32,000 nt of DNA from the NCBI RefSeq assembly GCF_003044035.1, contig NZ_NVQC01000023.1:30001-62000 (forward strand). The letters run 5' to 3'. Under the pieces are notes generated by a model. It made no database searches and was not told the origin of the DNA. It saw nothing but the letters and a program-made list of their open reading frames with translations. Made by a program: the position numbers and the translations under genes. Source of the DNA: Candidatus Methylomirabilis limnetica (GTDB lineage: Bacteria > Methylomirabilota > Methylomirabilia > Methylomirabilales > Methylomirabilaceae). This document shows positions 1-8,478 of the stretch, piece by piece; positions within the stretch are counted from its first letter, which is position 1; each line of letters begins with the position of its first letter.

Positions 1-186
1 GACTGACCTGACTGCTTACTCGCGGTCCTCGCCCGCATATCTCACACTGCGAGGGATGGGTGGATGGCATGGCATGACCTCCGATGGTTTGTGGCTATCA
101 TGTGATCGCTTCGCAACGAACCGAAAGTATACGGTAACGGCCCGCCAAAATCAAGCGCAGAAGCATATGACGGATGCGTACAACCG

Positions 187-744
187 ATGAGGGTGATCGG
201 CGGTCTCGCTAAAGGGCGACGGATTCAGGCTCCTCGTGGAAGAGAAACGAGGCCAACCTCGGATTATCTCCGCGAGGTTCTGTTCAATGTGCTGGCACAG
301 CAGGTGGAGGGCAGAACCTTTCTGGACTTGTACGCCGGGACCGGAGCCGTGGGGATCGAGGCCTTGAGCCGTGGCGCCGCCGGGGCGGTATTCGTTGAGT
401 GCGATCGGTTGGCCCTTGCGATGCTACGCCGGAACATCGAAACGTCTGGATTCCGTGAGCAGGTCGAGGTTGTCCCGATGGAGGTTCTCAGATTCCTGCG
501 CCGGACGGCCTGTGCCGCACGACAATTCGATCTGATCTTTCTAGATCCGCCCTACCAGCGAACTGACGCAGAGGCGGCGCTCTCTATGATAGCATCCACA
601 GGGCTGCTTGCACCGACCGGTATTGTGATTCTGGAACGATCTACAAAGGACACCCCTATCCAAGCCCCTGCTGGGCTGGCGCTTATTCGTGAAGTCCGGC
701 ATGGCGCCGCAGCTCTTCAGCTCTATCGACGGGAGGCAATGTGA
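187..744 (+). CDS. rsmD: 16S rRNA (guanine966-N2)-methyltransferase RsmD
   Basis: 185-aa ORF. N-terminal RVIGGxxKGRRIxxPxGxxTRPTSD and motif IV FLDPPY are typical of the RsmD family. GTGA overlap with the next gene. Confidence 0.85.
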   Translation: MRVIGGLAKGRRIQAPRGRETRPTSDYLREVLFNVLAQQVEGRTFLDLYAGTGAVGIEALSRGAAGAVFVECDRLALAMLRRNIETSGFREQVEVVPMEVLRFLRRTACAARQFDLIFLDPPYQRTDAEAALSMIASTGLLAPTGIVILERSTKDTPIQAPAGLALIREVRHGAAALQLYRREAM

Positions 745-1253
745 CGACGCTGGCTATCTACGCCGGGACCTTCGATCCGTTTACCTTTGGACACATCGAT
801 ATCGCCAGGCGAGCCCACCGCCTCTTTCCTCACCTTGTCATCTCGGTGAGTACAAATCCAGACAAATCCGCGCTTTTCAGCCTTGCGGAGCGTCAGCGGA
901 TCATTAGGGACGCCGTCCGGACTATGCGCGGTGTCTCTGTCGAATCCTTTGACGGTCTTCTGGTGGATTATATGCATCGCAGGAGAGCGCGAGTTGTCAT
1001 CCGTGGTCTCCGCGCCCTTTCCGACTTCGAATACGAATTCCAGATGGCGCTGATGAATCGGAAGCTCAACGAAGAGATCGAAACGGTATTCCTTATGCCC
1101 CACGAGCAGTATTCTTACCTCAGCTCTCGACTAGTAAAAGAGATCGCCCTACTTGGGGGAGATGTCTCCCAATTTGTGAGACCAATGGTCTCAAAGATGC
1201 TCAAAGAGCGAATCGCCCTGCGGGAAGCAGGAGAACGGAGACAAGGAGAATGA
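741..1253 (+). CDS. coaD: Phosphopantetheine adenylyltransferase
   Basis: 170 aa. The N-terminal AIYAGTFDPFTFGHIDI nucleotidyltransferase (T/H)xGH motif and overall length match CoaD. GTG start overlaps the rsmD stop. Confidence 0.9.
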   Translation: MTTLAIYAGTFDPFTFGHIDIARRAHRLFPHLVISVSTNPDKSALFSLAERQRIIRDAVRTMRGVSVESFDGLLVDYMHRRRARVVIRGLRALSDFEYEFQMALMNRKLNEEIETVFLMPHEQYSYLSSRLVKEIALLGGDVSQFVRPMVSKMLKERIALREAGERRQGE

Positions 1254-2452
1254 CGGTGAATCTGTCAAGTCGCGCAAGGAATGCCAGTCCCTCTGCCACC
1301 CTCGCCATTGCTGCTGTCGCTAAGCAGATGAAGGCGGACGGAATTGATGTTGTGGACCTCGGGCTCGGGGAACCGGATTTCGAGACGCCGGACCACGTCA
1401 AGGAAGCGGCAATTGTCGCTATTCGGGAGGGGTTCACACGATACACGGCCGCCTCCGGCATCGACGAGTTGAAGAAGGCGATCGTCACCAAGCTGAAGCG
1501 CGATAATGGCCTCTCCTATACCCCTGCAGAGGTGATCGTCTCGTGCGGTTCGAAACATTCGCTATTCAACATCGCCGAGGTACTGTTTGAGTCTGGGGAC
1601 GAGGTGATAGTCCCGGCGCCCTACTGGGTCACCTACACCGAACAGATCCAACTCGTCGATGCGCGACCGGTCATCGTGCAGACGCGGGAAGAAGATGGTT
1701 TCCACCTGACCCGTGCGGCGGTGGAACCCGCCATTACGCCAAAAACCAAGGCGATTCTGCTTAACAGCCCATGCAATCCGACCGGCGCCATGATCCCGCC
1801 GGAACAGCTACGGGCGATCGCCGCGCTGGCGGTGGAGCGAGACCTATTGGTGATTTCGGATGAGGCGTACGAATCTATGACTTACAGCGGGCATACCCAC
1901 ATGAGCATCGCCTCGCTCGGCGAGGAGGTGAAGCGGCGAACGATTCTTGTAAATACCGTCTCAAAGGCGTATGCCATGACCGGTTGGCGGATCGGGTACG
2001 CGGCAGGTCCGGCGGACATCATCAAGGCGATGGGCACTATCCAAAGTCAGGTCACGTCGAATCCCACCTCGATCGCGCAAAAAGCCGCGGTGGCCGCCTT
2101 ACTCGGCCCGCAGAATGATCTGCTCACCATGGTCATTGAATTCGATCGACGTCGGAGGTATCTCCTGAGTCGGCTGAATACCATTTCCGGAATCACATGC
2201 ACGAACCCTGAAGGCGCGTTCTATCTGTTTCCCAATGTCTCCAGCTTCTACGGAGCTGTAGTGAACGGCGTCCCTATTCGAAACTCCGCCGAGATGGCAG
2301 CCCACCTTTTGCAGACAGCCAATGTCGTAACGGTCCCAGGGAGCGAATTCGGAAGCGATGCGCATCTTCGCCTGTCGTACGCGACATCGATGGATAGCAT
2401 TAGAAAGGGAGCAGAGCGGATAGAGCGAGCCCTTGGCGCACTTCGTGGCTGA
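1250..2452 (+). CDS. PLP-dependent class I aminotransferase (aspartate aminotransferase-like)
   Basis: 400 aa. Motifs LGxGEPDFxTP, NSPCNPTG and SVSKAYAMTGWRIGY (PLP-lysine region) are typical of AspB/AspC-type aminotransferases. ATGA overlap with coaD. Confidence 0.85.
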   Translation: MTVNLSSRARNASPSATLAIAAVAKQMKADGIDVVDLGLGEPDFETPDHVKEAAIVAIREGFTRYTAASGIDELKKAIVTKLKRDNGLSYTPAEVIVSCGSKHSLFNIAEVLFESGDEVIVPAPYWVTYTEQIQLVDARPVIVQTREEDGFHLTRAAVEPAITPKTKAILLNSPCNPTGAMIPPEQLRAIAALAVERDLLVISDEAYESMTYSGHTHMSIASLGEEVKRRTILVNTVSKAYAMTGWRIGYAAGPADIIKAMGTIQSQVTSNPTSIAQKAAVAALLGPQNDLLTMVIEFDRRRRYLLSRLNTISGITCTNPEGAFYLFPNVSSFYGAVVNGVPIRNSAEMAAHLLQTANVVTVPGSEFGSDAHLRLSYATSMDSIRKGAERIERALGALRG

Positions 2453-2557
2453 CGATCATTGCGTTTATTGCGTTATTGCGTACTGCGTGGTGCGTAAGCT
2501 TCCATCCCTTCTCAGAACGCCGCACGCTCGCACGCTGTACGCCGCACGAGGTTTACC

Positions 2558-3874
2558 ATGCCCAAGCTGAAGTTGATCACCTTTGGCTGTCAGGCCAACG
2601 AACTTGATTCGGAGCGGATCACTGGGCTGCTTCTCCGCGAGGGGTATACCCTCACCGAGCGTGAGGAAGATGCCGACCTGATTCTTCTCAATACCTGTGC
2701 TATTCGTGAGAAGGCGGAGCATAAGGTCTACAGCCGCCTCGGGACCTTTCAGGTACTGAAACGGCAGCGGGCAGGACTGAAAATTGGCATCTGCGGGTGT
2801 GTCGCTCAGCAGGAAGGGCAGGCGCTTCTCAAACGATTTCCGTACCTGGACTTTGTGGTCGGACCTGGACAGCTCACGGCCATTGCGCCGTTACTTCAAG
2901 CCGGGACTGCGAGGGGGCTTGCGACGGCGAGAGCGCCCGGCTACTCCTACCCTGTGGACGCGCCGGTGCAACGTCAAAACAGTATCAGGGCCTGGGTCAG
3001 CATTATGGAGGGGTGCGATCGCTTCTGCACCTTTTGCGTGGTCCCTTTCACTCGAGGCCGCGAGCGCAGCCGACCCCCTGAGGAGATCGTGGAGGAGATC
3101 CGTGGGCTCAAGCGACAAGGGTACCGCGAGGTCACGCTCTTGGGTCAAACAGTCAACTCCTATGGGAGGAAACTGACACCTCCGATCAGCTTTGTGGAAC
3201 TGCTCCGCCGGATCGATCACCTCGTGGACGGTCACATGCGGGTTCGATTTACGAGCCCACACCCCAGCGACGTTACCGACGAGTTGGCAGCGGCGCTCGC
3301 AGAACTCCCGAGTCTGTGTGAACAGATCCATCTGCCTGTTCAGTCGGGTTCTGATCGGATCCTTCATCGAATGAAGCGCGGCCATGATCGGGATGAGTAC
3401 CTGGAGAAGGTCGCACTGCTACGGGCCAAGGCACCCGAGATCGCTATCACGACGGACATTATTGTCGGGTTTCCCGGTGAGACGGAAGAGGACTTTCAGG
3501 CAACCCTGGACCTGATGCAGGAGGTCGGCTACGACGGCGCCTTCATTTTCAAGTATTCGCCGAGACCCCACACAGAGGCGGAGGAGATGCCCGATCAGCT
3601 CTCCGAGGAGGTTAGGGGCCGTCGGTTGGAGCAAGCGCTTGTGCTCATGAACCGGCTGTCACTTGAGCGCAACCGCGCGTACCTCGGTCGAACAGTAGAG
3701 GTACTTGTGAATCGCGAGGATGCCAAGGGTGACTCGGTTCGCCATTCCGGTCGGACCAGGCAGAATAAAATTGTCCATTTTTCAGGTGAAGGGGTGGAGG
3801 ACGGTAGCGTTGTTTCTGTAGCGATCACATGGGCCAGTGCCCTGTACTTGCAAGGCGAGATGGTTTGCCTGTAG
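2558..3874 (+). CDS. miaB: tRNA-2-methylthio-N6-dimethylallyladenosine synthase (methylthiotransferase)
   Basis: 438 aa. N-terminal MTTase domain (KLITFGCQANELDSE), radical-SAM cluster CDRFCTFCVVP, and a TRAM-like C-terminus. Confidence 0.9.
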   Translation: MPKLKLITFGCQANELDSERITGLLLREGYTLTEREEDADLILLNTCAIREKAEHKVYSRLGTFQVLKRQRAGLKIGICGCVAQQEGQALLKRFPYLDFVVGPGQLTAIAPLLQAGTARGLATARAPGYSYPVDAPVQRQNSIRAWVSIMEGCDRFCTFCVVPFTRGRERSRPPEEIVEEIRGLKRQGYREVTLLGQTVNSYGRKLTPPISFVELLRRIDHLVDGHMRVRFTSPHPSDVTDELAAALAELPSLCEQIHLPVQSGSDRILHRMKRGHDRDEYLEKVALLRAKAPEIAITTDIIVGFPGETEEDFQATLDLMQEVGYDGAFIFKYSPRPHTEAEEMPDQLSEEVRGRRLEQALVLMNRLSLERNRAYLGRTVEVLVNREDAKGDSVRHSGRTRQNKIVHFSGEGVEDGSVVSVAITWASALYLQGEMVCL

Positions 3875-3911
3875 CACACTTGTGAGCTTGTCCTGTAAAT
3901 GTCTTCTTGTG

Positions 3912-3987
3912 CTTCGACAGGCTCAGCACGAACGGGAAAAAGTTAATGTTTTCCATGCCCATGCCGTTCGCCCTGAGCGCGTCGAAG
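3912..3987. repeat. REP-like palindromic intergenic element
   Basis: The 24-nt arms CTTCGACAGGCTCAGCACGAACGG (3912-3935) and CCGTTCGCCCTGAGCGCGTCGAAG (3964-3987) are inverted complements (20/24 by eye), separated by 28 nt. There is no ORF. Confidence 0.5.
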
Positions 3988-4054
3988 GGTGAACGGGGGT
4001 ATGCAGGACAGGCTCTTGTAGCTGTTGAATCCTGCGAAAAAGGATCAGGTAAGA

Positions 4055-4164
4055 GTGCTTAAACATCGGGTTCTCTTCGATGAACAGACGATTGCGGTAC
4101 GGGTATAGGAACTGGCGCGGGTAATCGCTCAGGATCTGCCGGAGCCGACGCCGGTCCTGCTCGG
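4055..4164 (+). pseudogene. Decayed 5' fragment of hpt (duplicate of 21620-21729)
   Basis: Hand alignment with the start of the intact hpt gene gives 17 mismatches in 110 nt. Similarity begins at the GTG start codon. There is an in-frame TAG at 4106-4108. A perfect 21-nt block CCGGAGCCGACGCCGGTCCTG lies at 4139-4159 and at 21704-21724. Confidence 0.75.
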
Positions 4165-4177
4165 TCCAAATACCCGA

Positions 4178-4441
4178 GTGAACATCCAGTCGTCAGATTC
4201 CTCGACGAACATCGTTAACGTCGAGACGTCGGCGCTCTTCGAGGCACTGCGCAAGAACCTGGATGGGTCCATATCCGATCATGCATTGCAGCAGCGGCTT
4301 CGTGAAACTGTAGACGCGATGCAAGTGTCTGCGGGTACTTGCAGCTTCTCGGAGCGGTACAAGGACTTCATTGCCTTGGCGGCTGACCACGTCACTGTCT
4401 TCGCGCCGTTCTTGCCTGCACTTACACAGCTCTTGCTGTGA
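4178..4441 (+). CDS. Hypothetical protein (87 aa, helical) or read-through artefact
   Basis: ORF with a GTG start and no obvious RBS. It is in the same frame as the hpt fragment: the frame is open from 4109, right after the TAG. No family was recognised. Confidence 0.3.
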   Translation: MNIQSSDSSTNIVNVETSALFEALRKNLDGSISDHALQQRLRETVDAMQVSAGTCSFSERYKDFIALAADHVTVFAPFLPALTQLLL

Positions 4442-4585
4442 CGGGGAGGCATGTGCGGTCGACGCAAAGCAGCGACCGCCCAACTTCGCGCTACAGCAGA
4501 CCGGGTGCTCACGTTGTTCGTGCTCCAGCCGCTGACCGAAGCGTTAGGCTGGAAATGATTGAAATGCACTGGAAGAGGAGATGCC

Positions 4586-5782
4586 ATGTCAAGAGACAAG
4601 AGAAAGCAAATCATTCAAGACATTGAGAAGAAAAGAGATTCCAAAGTCATTACGTACATCACGAGTGATCGTGCGAACCTTCAGGTCATGATCAGTCATG
4701 ATGTGGTCTCGATTATCCACGACCATATCTTGATGCTCAAGGAAGAAGCACGCGCAAAACTGGACTTGTTTATCTACAGTCGAGGCGGTGCTAGCGACGT
4801 TCCTTGGACATTGGTCTCAATGTTCAGAGAATATTGCCATGAAGGATCCTTCAGCGTGCTCATACCGTATCGCGCGCACAGCGCAGCGACAGTCATCTCG
4901 CTTGGTGCAGATGAGATTCTGATGACAAAAAAGGCAGAGCTGGGACCAATCGACGCCACAATGACGACCGGTCCGTATAATCCGACTGAAGGAGACACTA
5001 GAAATCGTCTGCCGGTTTCAGTGGAAGATGTAACAGGATATTTCTCCCTACTTGACAGATTTGGTTGTGAGCGCGCAGACGAGAAAATGAAGGGATTCGA
5101 GCAACTGACAAACAAAGTCCACCCACTTGCCCTTGGCGCGGTGAGCCGACTTCTTGAGGAAACAAAGCTTGTGGGTCTTCGACTGTTAAACACAAGAGCG
5201 AAACCTTTTTCTGAAGAAGAGAACCATGAGATCATCCGGAAACTTTCTTCGGAAGTTTACTCTCACAGCCACACGATCAACCGTACTGAGGCAATAAAAT
5301 ATCTTGGTCTGAAACAGGTCAGGAATGCTGAAGACGCGACCTTGGAGAACGATCTGTGGAGCCTCTATCTTGAATACAGGGACATGTTCCAATTAGAAAA
5401 TCCTTTCAATCCAGAGGAACACTTGGTTGCTAACAACCTAGAGGAGAACACATGGGACAACTTGAATCTTGCCTGTATCGAGAGTGCTGACCGCTTGGAT
5501 GTGTGCCGCAAGTCAATCAGAGTCAAACGCCTGCGCCAAGTTCCACCCACGATCAACTTAAACTTGACCAATATCCAGTTTCCTGTCATAAATCTGCCGA
5601 ATTTGCAACCCAACATGAATCCCCAGCAAATTCAGGCTCTTGTTCAGCAGATGGCAAATGCCACCATGCAACAGATATTGAACACGGCAGTACAGAATGC
5701 GATAAATGAATTAATGAAATCGCTCCCTCAGATAGGATTTGAGCACGTCTCGCTTAATTCTGGGTGGGTGAAGGAGGCATGA
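4586..5782 (+). CDS. ClpP/crotonase-fold S49-like serine peptidase (SDH, 'serine dehydrogenase proteinase' family) with Q/N-rich C-terminal half
   Basis: 398 aa from ATG 4586, with GGAG 5 nt upstream; the ORF opens at 4559. The N-terminal 200 aa carry VITYITSDR, LDLFIYSRGG and YRAHSAATVISLGADEILM, which resemble Pfam SDH_sah from memory. About 42% GC, clearly below the flanks. Confidence 0.65.
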   Translation: MSRDKRKQIIQDIEKKRDSKVITYITSDRANLQVMISHDVVSIIHDHILMLKEEARAKLDLFIYSRGGASDVPWTLVSMFREYCHEGSFSVLIPYRAHSAATVISLGADEILMTKKAELGPIDATMTTGPYNPTEGDTRNRLPVSVEDVTGYFSLLDRFGCERADEKMKGFEQLTNKVHPLALGAVSRLLEETKLVGLRLLNTRAKPFSEEENHEIIRKLSSEVYSHSHTINRTEAIKYLGLKQVRNAEDATLENDLWSLYLEYRDMFQLENPFNPEEHLVANNLEENTWDNLNLACIESADRLDVCRKSIRVKRLRQVPPTINLNLTNIQFPVINLPNLQPNMNPQQIQALVQQMANATMQQILNTAVQNAINELMKSLPQIGFEHVSLNSGWVKEA

Positions 5783-5976
5783 TCATGAACGAACAAAATT
5801 CTTGGAGTGTTTCATCCATGTCTCTTGAGAATCAGGAGCACAATGACCTCAGTGCTCTTGCTGGTCGCTGGAATGAGAATCTTCACGTCACGGTCTCTCT
5901 CCCTAGCACTGTGACACGAGGCCCTATCGTCGACCACATGACGACTCAAGAGAGCAGGAGTTTCTTCGCGTTTTAA
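5779..5976 (+). CDS. Small hypothetical protein (65 aa), translationally coupled to the peptidase
   Basis: The ATG at 5779 overlaps the peptidase TGA (ATGA). AAGGAGG at 5771-5777 lies very close to the ATG. AT-rich like the upstream gene. No family was recognised. Confidence 0.4.
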   Translation: MIMNEQNSWSVSSMSLENQEHNDLSALAGRWNENLHVTVSLPSTVTRGPIVDHMTTQESRSFFAF

Positions 5977-6035
5977 AAGATACTTCAGAATTTCTTTTAG
6001 CCAAGAGAGATGAATATAAACCATAAATCCTCCAA

Positions 6036-6080
6036 CCAACGGATCGAGCGGGCGCTGTGAACCGCGCCGCTCATCCTTGG
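6036..6080 (+). other. Bulged 17-bp stem-loop immediately 5' of the group II intron (terminator-like or attC-like target structure)
   Basis: CCAA[C]GGAT[C]GAGCGGGCG - loop CTGTGAAC - CGC[G]CCGCTCATCCTTGG. It has 17 bp and three single-nucleotide bulges. No U-tract follows. The intron starts 3 nt downstream. Confidence 0.6.
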
Positions 6081-6083
6081 CAT

Positions 6084-6755
6084 GTGTGCCAGGCATGACA
6101 CAGAGCGAGCGAGGTGCAAGTCCCCGCGCCAGGTTCTCGCGGAGCCGAAGGCTAGGAGAAGGGCAAGGGCGTCACCGTGAGGTGGGGTCTGGAGGAAGCC
6201 CAATCCAAGAGCGCGGGGCGACGAACAGGAACCGGATACGAGGTGTGGGACCACCCGGGAGGAACTGGCACGTGACCGCGAAGTCCTCCATCCGCAACGG
6301 GGTGTGCGTTATACATCCGGCGTCTGCGCGCCAAACATTCTGTGTCGTATCCTGAGAGACCTGCCTGCTGTCCGCAGGAGCGGACTGAGGACGGGGAGAC
6401 CCGACCTGAACGGCAGGCAGAAGTCAGCAGAGGGCAGAGGAGGTGGAGGCAACGAGCCGGGACCGGTTGTCCGGAGGACCCTGGAGGACTCACCCCACCG
6501 AAGGCCCAAACAGTTCCTGCAAGGGATGAAGAGAGAGGAGTCGTTGCCTGGCGTGGAGCGGTGAGATAGCATCCGGCGAGGTGTTGGGCTTGCGTCCGGC
6601 ATCTGGGATGAACTTGCGGCTGGTGCACTGGGAGAAGACGCTCCGGTTGGGGTGCGCATACCACCCTGACTGAATCTGCCGAACCGCCGTATACGTGATC
6701 CGTATGTACGGTGGTGTGGGAGGGGGGAGGCCGTGAGGCCTCCCCCTATCCCGAT
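6084..6755 (+). mobile_element. ORF-less group II intron ribozyme, class C (IIC)-like
   Basis: The 5' end is GTGTGCC. D1 motifs are GAGGTGCAAGTCCCCG, GCAAGGGCGTCACCGTGAGGTGGGGTCTGGAGGAAGC and GAAGTCAGCAG. Domain V at 6684-6714 (CCGCCGTATACGTGATCCGTATGTACGGTGG) has a CGC triad and a 2-nt bulge. Domain VI at 6718-6752 has bulged A6748, 7 nt from the 3' end ...CCCGAT. There is no RT-sized ORF. It closely resembles my memory of the Oceanobacillus iheyensis IIC intron. Confidence 0.8.
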
Positions 6756-6866
6756 TAGGCCGACCGACGAACCACTGGGAATGCACAGACCATGGCACCT
6801 GCACAACGCGAACAACTCATCAAGCGCTTCGAACGCGACTCCCTCACGCCGCCTCGGAGTAACGAC

Positions 6867-7712
6867 ATGAACAGCGAGCAGAACAGGAAGGAGTCAACGG
6901 GTCAGACTGGCGAACCCCTCGCCATTCAGTTCCGGCAGTTCTGCCTTGCATACCGCGGACCCAAGGGTAAGCCGCTCCTCCAAGTGCTTCAAGATGTCTC
7001 GCTTTCCATTCGCCCTGGCGAGTTTATTACGATTGTCGGCCCCAGCGGATGCGGCAAGACAACACTGCTCCGGGTGGTTGCCGGCCTTCTCGTTCAAGAA
7101 GAAGACGACGTTGTCATCACCGGTTCACTGCGCGTCTTCGATATGGCCCCTCTGGAAGCGAAGCGCCAGCGTACGTTCGCCTTCACATTTCAGAACCCCG
7201 TCTTGTTGCCCTGGCGCACGGTTCGCCAGAACGTTGCGCTTCCCCTGGAAATCACGCACGAATCCGAAACGCCCGACTCCCAGCAAATCGACGCGATGCT
7301 GTCCATGGTCGGCATTGGCGACTTCAGTTGCTCCATGTCCGCCCAACTTTCCGGCGGAATGCAGCAACGCGTTAATCTCGCCAGGGCACTTGTACAGGAA
7401 CCACGCATCCTCCTGATGGACGAACCCTTTGGCAGCCTAGACGAGGTCACACGCGAGCGCCTGAACTTCGAGCTTCTGCGCATTCACCGGCTGAAGAAAC
7501 AGACGATCCTCTTCGTAACCCACAATCTGACCGAAGCCGCACTGCTGGCGGACCGCGTTCTTGTTCTGAGCAAGCGGCCGTCCACGATTCGCGAAGTGCT
7601 TCCAATTGGTCTTCCGGAAGAAAGGACGGACGACACCCTCCTTTCTCCGGAATTTCTGGCACACGTCAGAAGGGTCCGGGACGTTTTCACGCGCGAGGAG
7701 ACCGCAACATGA
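6867..7712 (+). CDS. ABC transporter ATP-binding protein (NitT/TauT, SsuB/TauB-like)
   Basis: Walker A GPSGCGKTT, signature LSGGMQQRV, Walker B ILLMDEPF. The likely start is ATG 6867 (GGAG 8 nt upstream); the ORF opens at 6792. Confidence 0.85.
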   Translation: MNSEQNRKESTGQTGEPLAIQFRQFCLAYRGPKGKPLLQVLQDVSLSIRPGEFITIVGPSGCGKTTLLRVVAGLLVQEEDDVVITGSLRVFDMAPLEAKRQRTFAFTFQNPVLLPWRTVRQNVALPLEITHESETPDSQQIDAMLSMVGIGDFSCSMSAQLSGGMQQRVNLARALVQEPRILLMDEPFGSLDEVTRERLNFELLRIHRLKKQTILFVTHNLTEAALLADRVLVLSKRPSTIREVLPIGLPEERTDDTLLSPEFLAHVRRVRDVFTREETAT

Positions 7713-8467
7713 GGCGCGTTCTTCCAGCCGTGGCCTTCATCGTTCTGGTTCTCGCCGTATGGGAAGGAGTGGTCAAACTGTTCCATGTTCCCGAGTACCT
7801 TCTCCCCGCTCCCTCGATTGTTTTGCACCGCCTCGTTGGCATGAATAGCGTGCTTCTTGCCCACACTTCAATTACCGCGATGGAATCGGCACTCGGCTTC
7901 GCTCTCGGGACGGTATTCGGAATCCTGCTGGCGGTCGCGTTTGTTCACTCCCGCACAATGGAAATGGGCGTGTATCCCTATGCCATCGCCCTCAAAACCG
8001 TTCCCATCGTGGCAATCGCACCGCTTCTCATTGTCTGGTTCGGCAACGGCATCCTGCCGAAAGTAATCGTGTCGGCCATTATTTCATTCTTCCCAGTCGT
8101 AGTGAACACGACAAAGGGACTCCGCAATGTGGACGCGGAAGCCTTCGACCTCTTCGACTCCATGTCCGCCAGTCGCCGGCAGGTATTCTTCAAACTCCGG
8201 GTTCCGTCGTCCCTGCCATATCTGTTCGCTGCCCTCCGTATATCTTCGACCCTCGCTGTCATCGGCGCCATTGTGGGGGAGTTCTCCGGCGCGGACCGCG
8301 GGTTGGGTTTCTTCATCATGATTTCGTCGCACCGTCTTGAGACGGTGGATATGTTCGTCGGGATACTTCTCTCGTCCCTACTGGGGATTCTCTTCTTCTA
8401 CAGCGTCGCGCTGATAGAACGATTGGTCATTCCGTGGGGACGAGGCAAAATCGGGGAAGCAGGTTAA
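7709..8467 (+). CDS. ABC transporter permease (SsuC/TauC-like, BPD_transp_1)
   Basis: 252 aa with about 6 TM segments. ATGA overlap with the ATPase gene. The typical EAA-like loop region is present (TTKGLRNVDAEAFDLFDSMSASRRQVFFKLRVP). Confidence 0.85.
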   Translation: MRRVLPAVAFIVLVLAVWEGVVKLFHVPEYLLPAPSIVLHRLVGMNSVLLAHTSITAMESALGFALGTVFGILLAVAFVHSRTMEMGVYPYAIALKTVPIVAIAPLLIVWFGNGILPKVIVSAIISFFPVVVNTTKGLRNVDAEAFDLFDSMSASRRQVFFKLRVPSSLPYLFAALRISSTLAVIGAIVGEFSGADRGLGFFIMISSHRLETVDMFVGILLSSLLGILFFYSVALIERLVIPWGRGKIGEAG

Positions 8468-8478
8468 CGGAGGTAAGC

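Noticed and set aside
4479-4549. GCCCAAC ... GTTAGGC pair 58 nt apart upstream of the peptidase gene, matching the attC R''/R' consensus
   Set aside because: The intervening sequence has direct rather than inverted repeats, so no L-box or stem can form. A 7-mer like GTTAGGC is expected a few times by chance in 32 kb.
6100-6130. GGTGCAAGTCC motif resembling a cobalamin-riboswitch core
   Set aside because: No B12 box or surrounding riboswitch architecture is present. The motif is part of intron domain I (compare GGGUGAGAGUCCC in the O. iheyensis intron as I recall it).
6077-6815. Several 75-170-aa ORFs on both strands between 6.08 and 6.8 kb
   Set aside because: They overlap one another in Arg/Pro/Gly-rich frames inside the group II intron ribozyme. 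The RNA structure explains the region better than coding does.
6756-6866. Possible TPP or other riboswitch ahead of the NMT1/ThiY-like ABC operon
   Set aside because: I looked for CUGAGA / ACCUGAUCUGGAUAAUGCCAGCG-type elements and found none. The leader is short and follows the intron.
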